A stretch of 17,328 nt of DNA from a bacterium (GTDB lineage Bacteria; Hydrothermota; Tepidihabitantia; Tepidihabitantales; Tepidihabitantaceae): the NCBI GenBank assembly GCA_046485285.1, contig JAWOHE010000015.1:1-17328 (forward strand), in the 5' to 3' direction. Below the pieces are notes generated by a model. It was not told the origin of the DNA. It saw nothing but the letters and a program-made list of their open reading frames with translations, and did not search any database. Shown piece by piece: positions 15,301-17,328 of the stretch (positions are counted from its first letter, which is position 1; every line of letters begins with the position of its first letter). Both the position numbers and the translations under genes were made by a program.

Positions 15301-15921
15301 CCGCCAGCGTTCGATGTCCTTGAGGAACTCGGCGTCCACCGGGGTCGTGCCGCGCTTCCTGCCGCTGTCGGAGTAGCGGTCGAACGCGCCCTGCTGGATG
15401 GCCTCGGGCGAGAAGGTGCCGACCAGCTCCTCCCATTCCGCCTCGTAGTCGCGGTAGGGTATCAGCCGCAGGCGGCCCGCCCCGGCCTTGTCGCGCTCGG
15501 TCGGCCGGACCCGGGTGTCATAGACGCTGAACTCCTCGAAGTCGGTGAGGATGGAGACCGGCAGTTTCGCGGTCCAGGCGTAGCGCCGGAGCTGAAACGC
15601 GGGTTTCGGGTCGCGGCCGATGTCGTGGACCGGGGCCTTGGCCTCGACGAAGAACTTGCGCACCCCGCCGATGCGGAAGCAGTAGTCCGGGGCCTTGGTG
15701 GTGCCGCCGACCTTGATGGCGTCCTCGTGGACGACTTCGCGGTAGCGCTGGTCGTAGCCCTTGCGGTTGGCGACGTCCCAGCCCAGCGCCTCGAAGAACG
15801 GGTCGAGGAAGTCTCTTCGGAGCTGAGTCTCGTTATAGGCCGGCGAGTGGTAGGCGCCGAGGTTGCGGTCGAAGGTCTCGACCAGGCGCTTGAGCGTATC
15901 CGGGGCGCGGGTGTCGGCCAT
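12337..15921 (-). CDS. Type IIG (Eco57I-like) restriction-modification enzyme: HsdR_N-like nuclease, N6-adenine methyltransferase, TRD/TaqI-C-like domain; contains a ~166-aa in-frame insert (start ATG 15921 or GTG 15927)
   Basis: PDYCF...FFVEAK nuclease motif, ILGQVYEQFLG, RKAGGVYYTP, motif I ILDPACGSGSFL, NNIYGVDID, IKCGNSL, motif IV GFDAVIGNPPY, YLLGLLNS and IDALVYELYGLT. Confidence 0.95.
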   Translation of the reverse strand: MADTRAPDTLKRLVETFDRNLGAYHSPAYNETQLRRDFLDPFFEALGWDVANRKGYDQRYREVVHEDAIKVGGTTKAPDYCFRIGGVRKFFVEAKAPVHDIGRDPKPAFQLRRYAWTAKLPVSILTDFEEFSVYDTRVRPTERDKAGAGRLRLIPYRDYEAEWEELVGTFSPEAIQQGAFDRYSDSGRKRGTTPVDAEFLKDIERWRDILARNIALRNPRLTDRELNAAVQRTIDRIIFLRICEDRGIEPAAGLQALTNGVRVYPRLFELFRRADDRYNSGLFHFTSERGREEPDDLTPNLEVDDAVLKTVIAQLYYPSPYEFSVFPADILGQVYEQFLGKVIRLTAGHRAKVEDKPEVRKAGGVYYTPTYIVDYIVKNTVGALLWGYPAESNGTCLRCRGIPSADSIPGPGIRVQGPGRKGASIDGTDSESRGPEGLAGSDESGRTGLPRGPGAARKRAVRATVADDQSGRFHTCEHCGRTWFQPPPGLSESSLNQPGLSGRTADLSDARGTTADTQPDADRRVAAEGATRRQTAQRPDSRTAHSPTPAPRPLTPARASRLRILDPACGSGSFLLGAYQYLLDWHRDQYVKAGPEKHRKELYEGPGGEWRLTTQEKKRILLNNIYGVDIDAQAVEVTKLSLLLKVLEGESDQTISLQQKMFRERALPDLSSNIKCGNSLIGSDFWQGEQQTMFDDEEERLRINAFDWEHEFPEIMKSGLSAGGHAQAGGFDAVIGNPPYIRVQALNEWSPESLPYFKKHYRSAAKGNYDIYVVFAEKGLSLLNKTGLLGYILPHKFFNSQYGEPLRSLIVDGKHLKHVVHFGHIQVFSGATTYTCLLFLGRPPSHSVSVVKPGDLGSWLTKGTAESGTVDAEASLSGEWSFAVGKGARLAGSLRSMTPKLGEVADVFVGLQTSADDVYILDVVAKTSGAVRLHSKALSTDVMLEPGALHPLVSGTDIGRYRVLPWRQYILFPYEVADPSATLMQFDALKRRFPMTATYLDQNKERLERREGGKFRGTGWYRFGRSQNLGIQGRAKICVPRLVERLRATVDITGSHYLDNVDVGGVTLKPGHDSMGLLYLLGLLNSRLLAWYFPHISAPFRGGWMSANRQFLAKLPIRTIDFSDKKDKARHDRMVELVERMLELHKRLPKAKGESKTGIERQIAATDKAIDALVYELYGLTAEEVRTVEGGTEQ
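13735..13766. repeat. 30-nt in-frame palindromic micro-insertion in the RM gene
   Basis: Minus strand GCCTGTCTG...CAGGCAGGC stem; adds LSAGGHAQAG between EIMKSG and GFDAVIGNPPY, with a GGC duplication at the ends. Confidence 0.7.
14254..14287 (-). repeat. Heptamer array (3' arm) overlapping the stop codon of four-helix-bundle gene A
   Basis: Minus strand CT CCCCGAC CCCTGCC CCCCGAC CCCTGAC CCCT. Confidence 0.88.
14259..14648 (-). CDS. Four-helix-bundle protein (23S rRNA IVP / Avd-like family), copy A, nested in the +1 frame inside the RM gene
   Basis: IQSHEDLRVWQEAMSLVELVY...LPESERYGLRSQMTRAAVSIPANIAEG.G...Y..HLSISRGSLAELQTYL full family signature; TTG start with purine-rich RBS GGAGGAAAGGGG upstream. 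Confidence 0.95.
   Translation of the reverse strand: MTEPIQSHEDLRVWQEAMSLVELVYRAARELPESERYGLRSQMTRAAVSIPANIAEGHGSNHRRVYLNHLSISRGSLAELQTYLTLAERLQILSPTQTAELQQKARLVGRLLNGLIRALRTPRPLPPDP
14663..14698 (-). repeat. Heptamer array (5' arm) upstream of four-helix-bundle gene A, complementary to 14254-14287
   Basis: Minus strand CCC GGGACCA GGGATCA GGGTTCA GGGTCCG GGGAG. Confidence 0.88.
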
Positions 15922-15977
15922 CTTCACCGGACCGGGAGCCCGGACGGGCGGCGGGGGCGCTGTTTCATCCTGCGCTC

Positions 15978-16006
15978 AGGATAAACCCGGCCGGTTGGGC
16001 TGTCAA
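15978..16006 (-). promoter_or_regulatory. sigma70-like promoter for the RM operon
   Basis: TTGACA (16006-16001), 17 nt, TATCCT (15983-15978). Confidence 0.65.
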
Positions 16007-16052
16007 GCCGTTCGCGCGCCCGCCGCCGACCCCCCCCACCCGCATTCCCAGG

Positions 16053-16280
16053 GCCGCTCCGGGGGCGGTCCGGGTAGCCGCTCCCGGAGCCGTCCCGATA
16101 ACGCTACCCGAAGCGGTCACCCCGGCCGCCCCGGGAACCCTGCCCCCAGCCGCCACCCGGGCCGCCATCCGAGCCGCTCCCCGGGCCGCCCCGGAGGGGG
16201 CCACCGGAGCCGTGGGGGTAGCCAGGGGGGGAACGGCCCCGGGGATGGTCCCGGGGATGGCCCCGGGAATGGGCCGGGGT
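16053..16280. repeat. Degenerate 12-nt tandem repeat, about 19 units
   Basis: Units such as GCCGCTCCGGGG, GCCGCTCCCGGA, GCCGCCCCGGGA, GCCGCCACCCGG, GCCGCTCCCCGG ... ATGGTCCCGGGG, ATGGCCCCGGGA, in strict 12-nt register. Confidence 0.7.
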
Positions 16281-16401
16281 CCCCTGCCGCAACCGGCTAA
16301 CTCCCTAGATTCCGTGCTGTTAGCCCGAAAACCCGGGCGCGTTCCGCGACCGGCCGGAAAATCGGCCGCCCTGGCGGTGTATAACTCAATGAACCGACTC
16401 G

Positions 16402-16668
16402 GGCGCGGGCAGGGCAACAGGAACACCCTCACCCTGACCCTCTCCCTCACACACAAGGGAGAGGGGATGAAACCAGGACGCTGCGATGAGAGCGCGGGCC
16501 GGGCAACCGGAACACCCTCACCCTGACCCTCTCCCTTACACACAAGGGAGAGGGAATGAAACCGGGATGCTGCGATGAGGGCGCGGGCAGGGCAACAGGA
16601 ACACCCTCACCCTGACCCTCTCCCTTACACACAAGGGAGCGGGGATGAAACCAGGATGCTGCGATGAG
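16402..16668. repeat. Three tandem 89-bp repeats, each with a REP-like hairpin (CCCTCACCCTGACCCTCTCCC...GGGAGAGGG)
   Basis: Units 16402-16490, 16491-16579 and 16580-16668 are nearly identical along their whole length. Confidence 0.95.
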
Positions 16669-16983
16669 TTCGTAGGCCGGGCCGGACAGACCGATTGTGT
16701 CCGCAACCGCGGGGAATGCCGCAGGGAGTTGATGAGATGGACAGGCAGACAGTACAGGCCGGGACCGGGGGCGCGGGATGTTGATCCGCTCACTACCCCC
16801 GCGCGACGGCGCGTACCGCTACGCGAGATGGGCCGCCCGGGTGCGCCGGGACAGCCGGGGCCGACTGCCGGACAGTTGTTCCGAGCTGATGGTCGCGCGG
16901 GGCCGGCCGCGGTGCGGGTCAGGCCCCGACCGCCGTCCTCCCACAACCAGCGTCTGCGGTCTCGCCCGCCGCGTCCTCTGCGC

Positions 16984-17011
16984 TTGACAGTCCCCCTCCC
17001 CGCCGCACAAT
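16984..17011 (+). promoter_or_regulatory. sigma70-like promoter upstream of the brnT remnant/brnA
   Basis: TTGACA (16984-16989), 16 nt, CACAAT (17006-17011). Confidence 0.6.
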
Positions 17012-17131
17012 GGGCGGGTGAAGATGGAGAACAGGCCGGGGACCGCTCTTGTGCCCCCGGGACACCTGTCCGCGCTGGGAGGACTGAGGCCGGATTGATG
17101 CGATTCTGCCGCACACATACGGGAAGCGTCG

Positions 17132-17191
17132 CGGGTCTCGGCGCGGAAGGCCGACAAGGACGAAGAAGCGGCCTATTGGAGTCGAGCATGA
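17132..17191 (+). pseudogene. brnT: C-terminal remnant of a BrnT-family toxin
   Basis: RVSARKADKDEEAAYWSRA* matches the BrnT (I)SARKA..E...Y ending; its stop overlaps the antitoxin start (ATGA 17188-17191); there is an in-frame TGA at 17096-17098 and no start codon between. Confidence 0.7.
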
Positions 17192-17328
17192 GAAAGCATT
17201 ACGATTTCGGTTCGATGAAGGGCAGGAAGAACCCCTATGCCCGGAGACTGCGGGAGGCCATCACCATCCGGCTCGACCGCACGGTCGTCGAGCACTTCCG
17301 CATGTTGGCCGCGGAGACCGGTCTCCCG
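17188..17328 (+). CDS. brnA: BrnA-family (ribbon-helix-helix) antitoxin, runs off the window
   Basis: Hand translation MRKHYDFGSMKGRKNPYARRLREAITIRLDRTVVEHFRMLAAETGLP; typical YDF...NPY...ITIRLD...YFK..A..TG.PYQ pattern. Confidence 0.88.
   Translation, partial: MRKHYDFGSMKGRKNPYARRLREAITIRLDRTVVEHFRMLAAETGLP

Noticed and set aside
14875-15984. 369-aa plus-strand ORF (also 13537-14403 and 8266-9225)
   Set aside because: Antisense shadows of better-supported minus-strand genes.
16402-16668. CRISPR array
   Set aside because: The whole 89-bp unit is repeated with no unique spacers, and no cas genes are present.
15965-17189. ORFs of 60-217 aa across the repeat-rich intergenic region
   Set aside because: They are translations of tandem repeats and GC-rich sequence, with no RBS or family motifs.

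Overview
GC-rich bacterial window. The gingipain-type protease and T9SS-type C-terminal sorting domain suggest an FCB/WOR-3-like lineage (inference). The left part has two divergently transcribed secreted-protein genes: a C25 gingipain-like protease (partial) and a T9SS-CTD protein. The rest (about 4.9-17.3 kb) is an accessory/defence-type island. It holds a DUF4160/DUF2442 toxin-antitoxin pair with an internally deleted toxin, an RRM RNA-binding protein, and an ORF6N gene bracketed by 55-bp direct repeats. A minus-strand string follows: Type IIG (Eco57I-like) restriction-modification gene > nuclease-TPR gene > relic RM C-terminus > IS3 fragment > second relic RM C-terminus > four-helix-bundle gene > seven-repeat Myb/SANT-like protein. 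The window ends with tandem repeats and a brnT remnant/brnA pair. The most unusual feature is a complete four-helix-bundle (23S rRNA IVP/Avd-like) gene nested in another frame inside the RM gene, as a ~498-nt insert that leaves the host frame open. Both four-helix-bundle genes are enclosed by mutually complementary 4x7-nt repeat arms whose sequence differs between the two copies but whose architecture is the same. All family assignments come from motif recognition by eye, not database searches.
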